NCBI RefSeq assembly: GCF_009914755.1
Contig: NC_060933.1
Direction: 5' to 3' (one strand)
From: the human T2T-CHM13v2.0 reference genome, Homo sapiens
Length of the DNA: 64,000 bases
The notes beneath the pieces were generated by a model that was not told the DNA's origin, ran no database searches, and saw only the letters and a program-made list of their open reading frames with translations. Below, piece by piece: positions 16,411-34,954 of this stretch. Position numbers and translations under genes: made by a program. Position 1 is the first letter of the stretch, and the number at the start of each line of letters is the position of its first letter.

Positions 16411-17091
16411 GTCATCTCCACTTTTAATTCAAATGTGTGAATCCTGATTTATCAGGCCCACTGGTCAGCTCCAAAGTCATTACTGGGTTTTATTCCCTGA
16501 GGCCTGGTGAGCCCACTGACACACAGGTGTCTGGGTGTCCCCTCATCTCCGGCAGTGCTCAGGTCTGCCTGCTCTCACAGTTTTTGGAAGAGTGGATGTC
16601 AGAGAATCCACAGGAAAGCGGAGGCTGATGATGAAGTTGCAGGATGCATGAGATAGCAGAATCTCAGAGAGGAAATTCTGACAATCCAACTGTGACGGAC
16701 GGACGAGGACAGGAGGGACAGCCGGAGACTGTGAATGCCCAGAGCTTTCGGCGGACAGAGGAGCATAATTAGGAAGGATTCCCAAGGAGCAGGGGAGGGT
16801 TGGAATGTGGGTTTGAAGGTTTAAAGGCCGGAGAAAAGGCAAAACTTGTGGAAAATGTTTAGAACCAAGCCAAAGATGCTTCACAGTATGTCTGGGGAGA
16901 GAGACAGCCTGGGGACCACTGCTTGGTGCAAGGCCAATGCTAACACTAGACGGAACATTCTGGTTTCCTTTCAACCCCCTCGTGAAGTAGAACATTCTTC
17001 AGAAAGGAGAAGAAAAAAGCTAGGCTTAACAGAGTGGCTAGGATGTACCAGGTGCAAATCAGGCGTGAGGCGTTCTTTTGGTATTTTGGAG

Positions 17092-18200
<1,109 letters not shown>

Positions 18201-18386
18201 TTTATTGATACTGATTAAACATAATTCTTATTCACATTTTATAAACCAGGGGACCGAGCCTCAGAGAAGGGAAAGGACTTGCCCAACAACACTCCACTTC
18301 CCGGGGCTCCAAAACCTCTGCCATTTCCTCCCGTGAGATCAGCCTTTGGAGCAGTCTCTAGGGATGTGCCACAGGATTCTGCACTG

Positions 18387-19037
<651 letters not shown>

Positions 19038-19642
19038 TTGATCCTACATTGTTAATCAACATTTTCAAACAATCGAATAAACTTGTCAAAGACAGGAAAA
19101 CACTGATCTGTGCTGAAGCTATGGGGGATAGTGCAAGTGCTGGAAATTCACAAAGTGTTGTGAATTTTACTTTAACAGGAATAGCCAGTCCCACTAAGTC
19201 GCGTCCAGGCTGTGATGAGACCCAGCAGGGACTCTGTGGGGCCGGGGCTGGGAGTGGGAGTGGACATCAGATTCAGTCTAGGACAGGGGTGGAGTCGAGG
19301 GACAAAGCCCAAGTGGATGCCGGGACTGTGAGCAGAAGGTGGAGGAGAGGTGGGGATGAGGACGGACCTGGAGGTGGAAGCCAGAAAAGGCTGCAAGCGG
19401 TGGTAACAGGGGCAGAGGACTCGAGGCAGTGGCTTTGCTTTGTTTTGGGGGGTGTCTGGTCCATGAGGTATTTTTACTTTCAGGGACTCCCCTGTCTGTG
19501 GAGGCTCTGTGGAACCTTCAAGGGTGGCCTGAAGGCTGCCGAGTGCATGGACCAGAGTTGGTGAAAGGGTTGGCAAATGAGCTTCTGTGGCACATGATCT
19601 TCAAGCGTGTGCATCCGAGGTGTGATCCAAGCATGGAAGCTG

Positions 19643-20208
19643 GTGTTGCAGACAGACCAACGGTGGCACCGGGATTCACACCTGCATCAACTCTTGCCTT
19701 TGAGTGTGTGAAGGACCTCTGACTTCTAACCAAGAAAAGATGGCAAAGGTGACTAGGATACCACACACACACACAGGCACACATACCCATGTACAGACAC
19801 ACATACATGTATATACATGACACTGTCTTGCTGGCATGAACTAGAGAAATTCTCCTCACTGAAGAAGCTACTGGGCACATTAAAAAAGCCCACAGAGTCA
19901 GGAAATTCAGGTAGCTTTCAGCCACCAGCCAGCAAAAAAAACTGTGGCCCTGAGCCATGCAGCCACAAAGAGATGAATTCTGCCAACAGCCTGAGTGAGT
20001 TTGCAAGGGGAGTTTTCCCCAGTAGAGCCTCCAGATGAAATGCAGCCCACCCATCTCCTTGAATGCAGCCAACCAGACCCCCAGGAGAGGACTCAACTTA
20101 GTCACACCCAGACTCCTGACCGGCAAAAACCGCGAGATGAGAAATATGTGTTATGGGAAGCCACCAAGGTTGTGGTAATTTGAGATGTAGCAATAGGAAG
20201 CCAATACA
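19643..20208 (+). mobile_element. MLT1E/F-type LTR
   Basis: gatgaattctgccaacagcctgagtgag; ends gtggtaatttg...gcaataggaagccaataca. Confidence 0.75.
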
Positions 20209-20219
20209 GTCGGGGCATA

Positions 20220-20465
20220 TGTGGGCTTGTGCTAGGTGTGTGGTCACCCTGGGGGTTATATGTCAGTGGGTGTGGATTTAGATGGCATGTGCCTGAATGT
20301 GTTTGTGTGTTTGAGCACGTGTCTGGGTGTGTGGATGTTTGGGAATGTGTGTGTGTGATAGTGTGTGTTGGAGTGGCCAAGGGGTGCGAATGGGTGTGCC
20401 GATTATTGACACATGTACAGTGTACACGTCTATGCATGAGCAAGTGTGTGCACACACACGTGTGT
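20220..20465. repeat. TG-rich low complexity
   Basis: degenerate (TG)n. Confidence 0.75.
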
Positions 20466-20984
20466 GCAGTGCCCCTACTCCCCCATCCTCTTTTATGACT
20501 TCCTCCCTGGGTTTGATGTTGTGGGTGAATAAAATTTAAAGAGCTCTAAATTTTTTTTAAAGAGCCCTAAAGGGAGTGGAGCTTTTTGTGCGTGAGTCAT
20601 TACCAGGAACACCTGTGAACTGTTGGTTTTAATTGGGCCACAGCTGTCAGGTTGCAGAGGGGGAGGGATGGGTCTCTCGGCTTGTCTGTCTCGAGCCCCC
20701 ACCTCCTGTTGGATCTTTGGGTAGGTGGCAGGGGCAGGAGGCAGGATGGCCCCTGGAACCAGGATGGACTTTGGTGTCCCTGGGAAGCAGTGGAGAGTTG
20801 CTGGGCCTGGGTCTAGCCTCAGCTGCTCCGGCTTTGGCTTCATGCTCACCACAGGGCTCAGGTCTTCCACCCTTCTGTGTCTGACTTCCCTGTCCCAGGA
20901 ATCACCACCCTGAGACTGGGCACTCGCACTCCTGCAAGGGGGTTCGACACACACATGCTCATCTATGCAGGCTCACACATCAGT

Positions 20985-21190
20985 AACGACAATGGCAAAT
21001 ACTCATGGAGCGCTTACCCCATGTCAGGCACTGTTCCAAGTGCTCTACACACACCCACCATCGCATTGAATGCTTGCAACACTCTCTGAGGTGGGTACTC
21101 ACGATCCCCCTTTTACCAATGAGGAAACTGAGGCACAGAGGAGTTAAGTAACTTGTCCAAGGTCTCACAGTTAGTAATGCATAGTCACAG
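20985..21190 (-). mobile_element. MIR
   Basis: atgaggaaactgaggcacagaggagttaagtaacttgtccaagg. Confidence 0.85.
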
Positions 21191-23355
21191 GTGCACTAAC
21201 ACACACACACACACAGAGACTTGTATACTCCCGCACCCTCCAAGTATAGCCTACACACACGCAAAATGACACCTGCAAATGAGTGACCTCAAGCACATAG
21301 GTGTATCCACCACCCACGTGTAAGCACACCTGGCCCACTCACCCTCCCATAAACACATCACATCCCCCCTTGAACAACCTCACAATACACACCCAGCACT
21401 CTCACTAACCACAAACATGGTGTTGCGTGGGTGCCCACACACAATAGCAATCACAGAACCCCTCTCAGGCTGGCAGTCTTACCTTTCTCACAACACAGAT
21501 CTGTCTATACCCCCCACAGAAATGCACACCCACACACAGACCTGCACTCCCCGCAGGTCTTCATATCCCCCATCTTTACACCTCTCAGACCTGCACACCA
21601 TGCCAGCCACCGCCTGAGGGCAGGGAGTTTACTTCTTTGTGGTCTCGGGGTGTACAGCACCAATACCCACAGTGAGTAAGATTTTGTCACTCTCACACCT
21701 GCTGGTCTGCAAGGGCTGGATGAGTAGGTGCCTCTCAGGGCCCCAGGAGACGGCAGAACCCTGTCCATCGTCCACACCAGTCCAGTCTATTGTCTATGTC
21801 CACACCTGTGAGATAGGACATTTTTTCCACTGTCACATACGTGACCCATGGCATGACACAGGGACCTGGCGTATGCAGGCCCTGGCTGAAATGTCACCCC
21901 TTTTCCTCTTCTACTCAAGAAACCAAACAGATAGCAAGTAAGTAATGATGTCATCACAGAGGTGACCCTAAATCATCTGGCATGTGACATTATTAGTACT
22001 GCCCATAGGCCCTCAAGGCCTTCATGATTTGGGGGTCACCATTACCCTCAATATCTAAAGACACTGCACCCCTGGCCCATGAACAGCAGGACCTAGCCTC
22101 CCTTCTGCTTCTGCCCCGACATTGGCCCTGCCCCTCGAGGTCACCTTCTCACTTTACTTCGCTCTATTTAGAGAAGGGGGTTGCCTCGAGCCCAAATTGC
22201 ACCCATTTCTCCCATGGCTTCAAGTCTTACTACCCAGCTCCCTCCCAAGCCACCACTCCCCAGGCTGCTGGGCACAGCCTGGCACCCTGCATGGCCATCT
22301 CTCTTCCTTCATGCCCCATTAAACAACTCGCTCAAGGCTGCTGAGTGTAACAGGCGAAGAAGGAAACAGTGAGGAACCCCTGAGCCGAGCAGGGAGCAAC
22401 TCTGCATGGAAGTCAGCCCCGGTCCCTCCGGAACACACATCAGACCCTCTCACCATGGAGCACTCACCCACTGCCTCTACGTAGCCTCCTTGGCTGCAGT
22501 GGGTCTCCCTCTGGGTCTTTCTCCTCTTCCACAGTGCCCATGAGCAGCTCTAAATTCCCATTATGGGTAGGGCCATTTGACTCTTAGCTGTCTGAACTCC
22601 TCCCGGTCCTGCCCAGAGGCACTGCCTGACCAAACAGGCCCATGGGGGAGTTTTCCTTGATAAAGATGCAGTGTTTCCCCAGGAAGGGTGTCTGCACCCT
22701 CCCAGGCCAGCCAGCTCCCAGCTGCGGCCTTCTCTCCTAGAGGTACTTTCCCCTCTCTCATTACATTATTACAAATGGCCTGCCACATGCCACACACTGA
22801 TCACGATGTAGTTAAGGAATGCTGATCAAGGTCACCTGCCTGAGGCCATCCCTGTGAGGTGGGGGAGAAACTGGGATGTGAACCCACACCCCTACCCACA
22901 GGAAGGGCAAACAAGTCTGCGCCCAGTGAGAGACCCATCTGATTACAGAAGGAAAATTAATGCTGACAATTACATCACGGCTGCTGTCATAAAGAGAAGG
23001 GCTCTTCTCTCCCTCTCCTCCGATGATCTCCTCCGATGATCAACTCCATTCACTTGTTCAACAAACTCTCAGAGACTCCTCCTCTGTGCCAGGAAAAGGG
23101 GACAGAGAAGAATCAAAGCAGGGAGCCAGTGGGCAAGTGACACACGGCCATTATAACATAGTGAGAGTCATGCAGTGATGGAGAGAGAAGGGGGTGTGGG
23201 CACCAGATGTATACAGAGGAAAAAGCCAGGAAGGCTCCCCAGGGGAGGCATGTAGGCTGTGCAGGGAGTAACAGTTCATCCAGAAGATTTATGCAAAGTG
23301 CCTGGCACTGCCTTAAAGCCTTTCTTCCTGCTCCGCTCAAGAAATCACATAGAAG

Positions 23356-23490
23356 CCAGGAAGGGTGTGGTCCTAGCCACTCAGGGGGCCAAGGAGGGAG
23401 AATCGCTTGAGCCCAGTTCAAGGCTGCAGTGAGCTGTGATCATGCTACTGCACTCCAGCCCAGGCAACAGGGCCAGACCCTTGCCTAAGA
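23356..23490 (+). mobile_element. Alu right monomer (FRAM/J-like)
   Basis: atcgcttgagcccagttcaaggctgcagtgagctgtgatc. Confidence 0.85.
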
Positions 23491-23493
23491 AGG

Positions 23494-23830
23494 AAGGGAA
23501 GGGAAGGGAAGGGAAGGGAAGGGAAGGGAAGGGAAGGGAAGGGAAGGGAAGGGAAGGGAAGGGAAGGGAAGGGAAGGGAAGGTGGGGGAGAGAGAGAGAG
23601 AAAGGAAGGAAGGAAGGAAGAGAGGGAGAGAGAGAAAGGAAGAAAGGAAGGAAGGGAAAGGAATAAAGAAAGAGAGAGAGAGAAAGAAGGGAAGAAAGAA
23701 AAGAAAGAAAGAGGAAGGAAGGAATGAAGGAAGGCGAAGAAGAAAGAAGGAAAGAAAGAGAAAGAAAGAAAGAAACAAGAAAGAAAGAAAAAGAAATCAC
23801 AGAAAGGGCAAGAAAGGACAAGTGGGAGGG
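23494..23830. repeat. (AAGGG)17 plus GA-rich tract
   Basis: perfect pentamer 23494-23578 then degenerate purine tract. Confidence 0.95.
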
Positions 23831-25352
23831 AAACTCAAGCTTTGGCACAAATGTCTCCGGGTCGCTTGCAAGTTCCAGGCTGATGTGTCTAAAGGCAAAG
23901 TGAACCTTTCCTGCCTTGGTGCCACAGCACCGCAGCCTCCCACAGCCAACTTTGAATTAATCAGCGTCCCCAAATCTGCTTGTCCTGCGGGTCTTCCATT
24001 TCCACAAAACGTGTTGTGGAGGTCATGCCTGAGTGACTCTCTGATTGGTGAATTTGGGAAGAATACACTGAGCTCGGCACTGCCCACGGGGAGAGGGAAT
24101 TCCCCTTTGCTCCTTTACGCCATGGGAGTTTCCTGGGCAGGATCCCAGGGGGGTACATGTGTCCCCTGCTGGGGTTCAGCAATGGGCCCACTTGCCTCTC
24201 ATCCAAACCTGTGTCCTACCCCTGGCCTGGATCAAGAACTAAGGTGACATTGGCTTTCATAAGTCTTGGTTTTGTTTCTTAAATTGATCAGGACTCAGAG
24301 GGGCAAGAGAGTGATTTTTCTTGGAGTTTCTCAAGGACACCAACAAAAGGCCCCGCCATCCACCCTTCCCTTCAATAAGACCTCTTGCCTCCTCCCTCCC
24401 CTCCATGCCCACGTTTACCAATGCCTGGCAGTGCCACCTCACCTCTGTTCTCAGCTTTAACCACTTCCCTCATTGCCACACTCCTTCTCTTGTCCGGGTG
24501 CTGCCAGCTTCCAGGCAGACACAGCCTCCCCACTGTTCCCCTTGCTTCCTGCATCCCTGCCCCTTGTCCCCTGCTCTCCTGGCAGGTGACAGGGGCTCAG
24601 GGAGGTCTGCCTCACTCACCACTTGAAGAAGCAGCCACATTCTATTCCAAGGGGAACATGCCTCATTTCTCCCCCTCCTTTTTTTCTCACTTTCTCTCTG
24701 GACAAGGAGTCTATTTTTATTTTATTTCATGGAATTTGTCTTTTGAAATAATTAACCACCTTCTTGAAGCAATTTTTCTTCAACCAGGAATGCAAAATCA
24801 CATAACACATTGGAATATTTTTTAACACTGCTTTAAATTATGCAGTTGCTGTATTGTGATAAATATGTAGATGGGGGAAGTTGGGAGGATGTGTCCTGGA
24901 CTTGAAGCTGGGCTCCCCTCATTCCAGTTCACAGAGGAGGATGGCTGGGGGAAGGGTGGGGCCCAGCCAAGCTCCCCAGTGGCCAAAAGCAAGAGCCATC
25001 CTGGGGTTTTCCTTCCTGCACAAATCCCAGAGGCCCAGAATACAGCTGAGCCAGCCCCTGCTTCCTTCACTGGGCAGGTGCTTTAGGTGCCCTACCCTAT
25101 GCTCCCAATAAACTCGCAACATAGGAATTAGGACTCCAAGTTTACAGATGTGCAAACTGAGGCTCAAAGTGGCCAAGAAATTTGCCCAGGGTACTTTGGC
25201 TAGGAAGTGGGTTCTCAACCCCACCCAGCTACTCAGAAAGCTTCCTGGCCAAGATGACTCTTCTGTGACTCCCAGATGACTATTGTATACCTTTATTTTT
25301 CTCTTCAGATGTCTCTCTCTTCTCCTCCTCATGCTCAGGTGGTAATCTTATC

Positions 25353-25658
<306 letters not shown>

Positions 25659-25669
25659 CTCATCTTACT

Positions 25670-27860
<2,191 letters not shown>

Positions 27861-28148
27861 ATGGAGCTAAAATTCAAACCCAGATCTGTTTGACTGCACA
27901 GCTTCTGTGTACCTCTCTGCTGCATGGCCTTCTCTGGAGCCATTTCCATGTGCTGGAGGCCACAGGGAGCCACCCCTAAGATTTGCATGTGATGTTGTTA
28001 GCATGTTTTTTCTTTTGGGTACCTGTAGTTAGAGACCTGTTGCTCTCTTGCTTGAAATTTTTTATGGTACTGCATGGATGCCTTTAGGAAAAATCTAGAA
28101 TCTTCAGCCTGGCGTGCATAGCCCACCGTGTTTGGATCCCTACATTTT

Positions 28149-28415
28149 CCTCCTCTCCTCTCCTCTCCTCTCTCCTCTCCTCTCCTCTCCTCTCCTCTCT
28201 TCTCTTCTCCTCTTGTCTCCTCCCCTCCCCTCCCCTCCCCTCCCCTCGCCTCCCCTCCCCTCGCCTCCCCTCCCCTCCCCTCCCCTCCCCTCACCTCCCC
28301 TCCCCTCCCCTCCCCTCCCCTGGCCTCCCCTCCCCTCCCCTCCCCTCCCCTCCCCTGGCCTCCCCTCCCCTCCCCTCCCCTCCCCTCCCCTCCCCTCACC
28401 TCTCCTCTCCTCCCT
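28149..28415. repeat. (CCTCT)n/(CCCCT)n pentamer tract
   Basis: Alu-tail-derived C-rich pentamers. Confidence 0.95.
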
Positions 28416-28430
28416 CTTTGCTTCGCTTCG

Positions 28431-28592
28431 CTTACTCTGTTGCCCAGGCTGGAGTGCAGTGGTGCGATCTGGGCTCACCACAATGTCCACCTCTCAAGCT
28501 CAAATGATTCTTGTGCCTCAGCCTCCAGAGTAGCTGGGATGACAGGCACATGTCACCACACCTGGCTACTTTTTGTATTTTTAGTAGAGAAG
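28431..28592 (-). mobile_element. Alu right arm, truncated
   Basis: ctctgttgcccaggctggagtgcagtgg...tttttagtagaga. Confidence 0.88.
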
Positions 28593-28942
28593 GGGCTGCA
28601 CTAGCCACCTTTCCTGGCCTCTGACAGTCCCCTGCACCGCCCTCCCTGCCTCAGTGGTCAAGCTGGGTTTGAAGGGCTGTTTTTTATGTTTCCACTTCCT
28701 TCATTAGAGTGTGAGGTTTTTGAGTTCAGACCCACCCTGGATCTCTCTGTGCGCCCAGCACAGGCCTGGCACACAGTAGGCATTTAAGACATGTCTGAGG
28801 AGAGGCGAAAGAACTAAAAGGAGGCAGGGAAGAGACAGGTTGGTGATGAATTTCTTCCTGTTGCCAAAGCCTCTCTGCCTCTTACTATCTTCTGAAACAA
28901 CACCCTGGGGTGGATTAAATGACAAACTGCCCAGAACTGTGA

Positions 28943-29494
<552 letters not shown>

Positions 29495-29928
29495 TGAGCC
29501 TGGTTTGCAGCTCGCTTCACTATAAGCATTCATTTCCCTAAGGCAAATGGACATCATGGCCCCTGCCCTGTTATGGGAACCAGATAAAACAATGAGCGGC
29601 TACGTGCTTTGAAAAAACTCTGCTCTGTTCTAACGAAGGGAGTATATGATGTTATGTTATGTTATGTTATGTTATGTTATTGTTACAGAATTCTAAATGG
29701 TGACATAGAAATTATTTCCCTTGAGTATAGTACATATTGCTGCTAAATAATAGAACTTGCCTGATTGGTATGGGGGGTGGGGTTTGTGAATTAGTGATAA
29801 GTCAGAATTATGGGACATTGCAAAAATTTTATTGCTTTCAAATTAATGCAAAATAATGACTAGCCCTGTATTGTTGAGACACAGTCCCTTAGGAGGGTTG
29901 CTTTAATGAACAGATAAGAATCACTGGT

Positions 29929-30303
<375 letters not shown>

Positions 30304-30584
30304 TTAAAATCCTGGAAAACTTTTTCTTTTAAAAGCTAATCATCTTTTCAGTATTATTGGTGTGCTTGGCCAAACTTTCCATAATCCCTCACCTGAGTCA
30401 GATTGTGGGAAATTCTGAGCAAGCAGGATTTGGAATCACTGAAGCATGGTTATTCCTAAAACAACAGGCGGGGGGTGCGGCTCAGAGTGGCAGGTGCTAG
30501 CAGTCAGCAACCTCTTGAATTGCCCAGGAGCCCCACGCCTGCAGATGGCTGAAGAGTTGACATCCTGTCCAACAGCTGCACCCC

Positions 30585-30785
30585 CGCCACACACATACAC
30601 AGTCGTACACACACCGCCATTTCTCATTTGCACAAATTGTTGCATACCCAGTTACATGTTCACTTTCATGAAAGTCACAGTCATGTGACACACCTATTCC
30701 CACACTCACAGGAATACATGCACACAATCTTACGCATGCACACATACACACGCACACATACACACACACACATACACCCACAACG
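30585..30785. repeat. CA-rich low complexity
   Basis: degenerate (CA)n. Confidence 0.75.
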
Positions 30786-31094
30786 TAAGGACAACCACAG
30801 AGGCTGAACATTCCACTGAGAATCCCAACCTAAGATATGAGATAAAGATTCCCAGAGACCTGGCCTCAGCAACAACAGGACATGCTCCCTGTATGTCTTC
30901 CCCCTATACATGAGGTACACTAGGTGGGCTCCAAATGCAGGTGTTTACTCTGCTTCCAAAGAGGGGACAGTAGCTTGAGGTATGACCCTCTAATCTCCAG
31001 CTTGTCAGAGAGGAGGCAGAGCATCCCTAGAAAAGGACAGCAGAAATAAAAATCAAGAAAGGACAGTGGAAATAAAAACCAGGAAACTGAGAAC

Positions 31095-31300
31095 AACAAT
31101 AATGGCTAATCAGTGATGGACATTTGCCATTGCATCTGTGCTAAGACCTTTCTCCTTGCAACAGCATCACAAGGATGGGGATACTATCATCATCATTTTA
31201 CTGATGAGAAAACTGAGGCTAGACAGGTTCAATAACATGCTGAAAGAGCAGCAACGAGTCAGCACTGATCCAGCATTCAAACCCAAACTGTTTGAGATTC
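31095..31300 (-). mobile_element. MIR
   Basis: cattttactgatgagaaaactgaggct. Confidence 0.75.
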
Positions 31301-31614
31301 AGAAGAGCTGGCCTCAAATCAAACCGGAGTTGCTGAGGTACAGCAGTCCATGGGAGTGGGAGAGAAGCCAGGCCTCATGGGAGAGCCCCCAGCATTAAGG
31401 AGCCTGCAGCTGACTTCATAGGAAGACACAAAATAGTTGGTGTCTCCCTTTTGAGAGGCTCAGATGCTTGACATGATAATAGCTACCACTTTATGAAGGA
31501 TTTACTGGGATATTGTTGACACTGTAGGAGCAACCCCTCCTTTGGTTCTCCTGATAGCCCTATAGATGAGGTACAGTTATTAACCTCACTGTGTAGGTGA
31601 GAAAACTGAGGCTT

Positions 31615-32065
<451 letters not shown>

Positions 32066-32765
32066 CTAACCACCTCCCTGCCTGGAGTAATGGGTAGGAG
32101 CTGAGAGATGTAGGAACCCTGCTGCTTATCCCATCCCTTCCTGCTACAGATTACCAGAAATGAAGAGGAAGAAGAGGCAGCAAGAATGTTTCATGTGCTG
32201 TTGACAATACTTAGATTTCTGGACAATGGTTTATGAGACTGGAGTGATGGGAGGGCTTGGTTAACAATCAGTGGTCAATAAATATCACTGTGTTTTGTCC
32301 TTGTTTTTAATATAACTATACTTACTGAGCTCAGTCTCTTGGACCCAACACAAAGGGCATTCAATGAAATATACAGGAGGAAAATGAACAAATCTACCAC
32401 CACAGGAAGGATAGCCTTCATTCTACAACTGTATTTTGAGCTTATTGACAAATGTCTAAGAGAAAATTGTGAAAGTAGCATGCACACCACCCCCCTTGAT
32501 CTCGGAGACGTCTGAGAACGTCACAGAGGCCGATGAACTTGGAGACACGGGGAAGAATGGTAGAGATTGTAATCCTTTATCAGCACCGCGGACAGCATCC
32601 AGGCAGGGACCGGGGAGCTGTCCTGGGTGCTAGTGCTAACTGCTGGTAGAGGCAGACACTGATCAAGCTTGTCTGCTGTATGCCAGGCACCATTCCAATG
32701 CTGTGCATATATCATATCATTTAGTGTGCCCAATGAATTTGCAACATAGGCATCCTTTACCCCAT

Positions 32766-33133
32766 TGATATGGTTTGGCTGTGTCCCCACTCAAATCTCA
32801 TCTTGAATTGTAGCTCCCATAATTCCCATGTGTCATGGGAGGGACCCAATGGGAGGTAATTGAATCATGGTGGCAGGTCTTTCTCGTGCTGTTCTCATGA
32901 TAGCGAATGAGTCTCACGAGATCTGACGGTTTTATAAAGGGGAGTTCCCCTATACAAGCTCTCTCTCTTTGCCTGCCACCACGTAAGACGTCGCTTTGCT
33001 CTCTCTTGCCTTCCGCCATAATTGTGAGGCCTCCACACCCATGTGGAACTGTGAGTCCATTAAACCGCTTTCTTTTATAAATTACCCAGTATCTGGTATG
33101 TCTTTATTAGCAGCATGAAAGTGGACTAATCCA
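32766..33133 (+). mobile_element. THE1B-like solo LTR
   Basis: tgatatggtttggctgtgtcccc...ggactaatcca; perfect 5-bp TSD cccat; inserted in a MIR. Confidence 0.9.
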
Positions 33134-33839
33134 CCCATTTTGCAGATTCAGAGACTGAAGATCGGTGATACAGAGCATCTTGTCCAAGTGCACGTGGCAG
33201 TAGAGCTGGAACTTGAATCTGGAATTATCTGTCTAGTGATCTAGCTCTTCTTCCATGCTGTCTCCACACATCTTCAAAGTCGTCCCACCTCACATTCTCA
33301 GCAGGGTGAGGAATCCACCCAGGATCACTCTAGGACAATAATCAAACACAAGTGATATTGAGCCAAGTCCAGTGATGGGCTGATTTGTAGGCCTCTGTCA
33401 GTACTGGGAGTGGGAAACTGGAAAATTGAGTGTCTTGTTCACTTCCAGCCACATGCCTGCCTTCAAAGCATGGCCAAGACTTTGGTTGGGGGAGATGGTG
33501 GCAGCCCTAGCTGAGAAAGAGGAGGAGGTGTCACACAGGCCACCTAAGATGGAGCCAGAGAGGTCTCCACCCATAGGCTCTGGTCACCCATCCTGGAGCC
33601 CTTTCGGAGCAGTACAGGTTATGGGGCATCAGTGGCCTCCATCCCCCTCCTCCAGGGGAGCAGCCCAATTGATGTCTAACAGCACCTGCTCCCTGGGCTC
33701 ACTGCCGAGCCCACCCCCTGCTGTGGGCAAGATGGATCTGAAGAGTGGGGCTGAGGCCCCATTTAGAAGATCCTTGAATTGTAAACTAAAGAATTTATAT
33801 TTTTTCCCACAGAAAATATGGAACTACCTAAAAAATCAC

Positions 33840-34070
33840 TATCCATTTTTAGAACCTTTACTAAGAGCCAAGCATGGTGCTTGGCCATTTCCACCCATTT
33901 TCTCATTTAGTCTTTATTACAACCTTATTACTGCCTTGAGGTGGTTACATCATCCCATTCTGACATGTGAAGACCCAGATAGGGGAAAGGACTTAACCAA
34001 GGCCACGGAGCTGGTAACGGGGCAGAGCTAGGATGAAAATATGGTCTGTATAATCCCTGATCCTGCACTC
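33840..34070 (-). mobile_element. MIR
   Basis: catccccattctgacatgtgaaga...ccaaggccacggagctggtaa. Confidence 0.7.
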
Positions 34071-34599
34071 ATTCTCTCCTGACCAGAAGTCTGTCGCCCC
34101 TTGGAGGGCCAAGGATCTAGGGCTCAGGTGAAGGCCTGAGCTGCAGGCTGGGCAGAAGCCCGGCAGGGAGTTCCTTCTGTTTCATTAAGGGTGGAGTCAC
34201 CATGCTCGCAGCCATAAACCTGCCTCACAGAGAAATTATCTGGGACTTAAAAAACTCAGTGGCATTTTCTGGGATTCTGAGATTTATCTGGAGCTGTCTA
34301 CACAGATGTGGGAGACTCTGGACTCTCAGGAAGGGGGCTGGAGCTGAGAGTGGCATGAAGCAAAGTCAATAGTGCCATGGAGATCAGAGGAGCAGAGATT
34401 CACTCCCACCGAAGGGAATCTGGCCTCAGAGTTTTTGAGTCTCCCTTTCCCAGGCCCCTCAGTCTCTCTAGTTCTCCGTGCCTCTCCCAGGTCCTGGGAC
34501 CATCCTGCCAAGCTACTTTTCCAGTTACTCCCAGAGGAACTTTTTTTGTGGCCAGCTCTGGACAAGTCATATCCTTGCTTTAAAAAGTCACCTCTGCAA

Positions 34600-34954
<355 letters not shown>

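Noticed and set aside
23582-24247. 221-aa K/E/R-rich ORF, and similar ORFs at 28.1 and 57.9 kb
   Set aside because: Translations of microsatellites.
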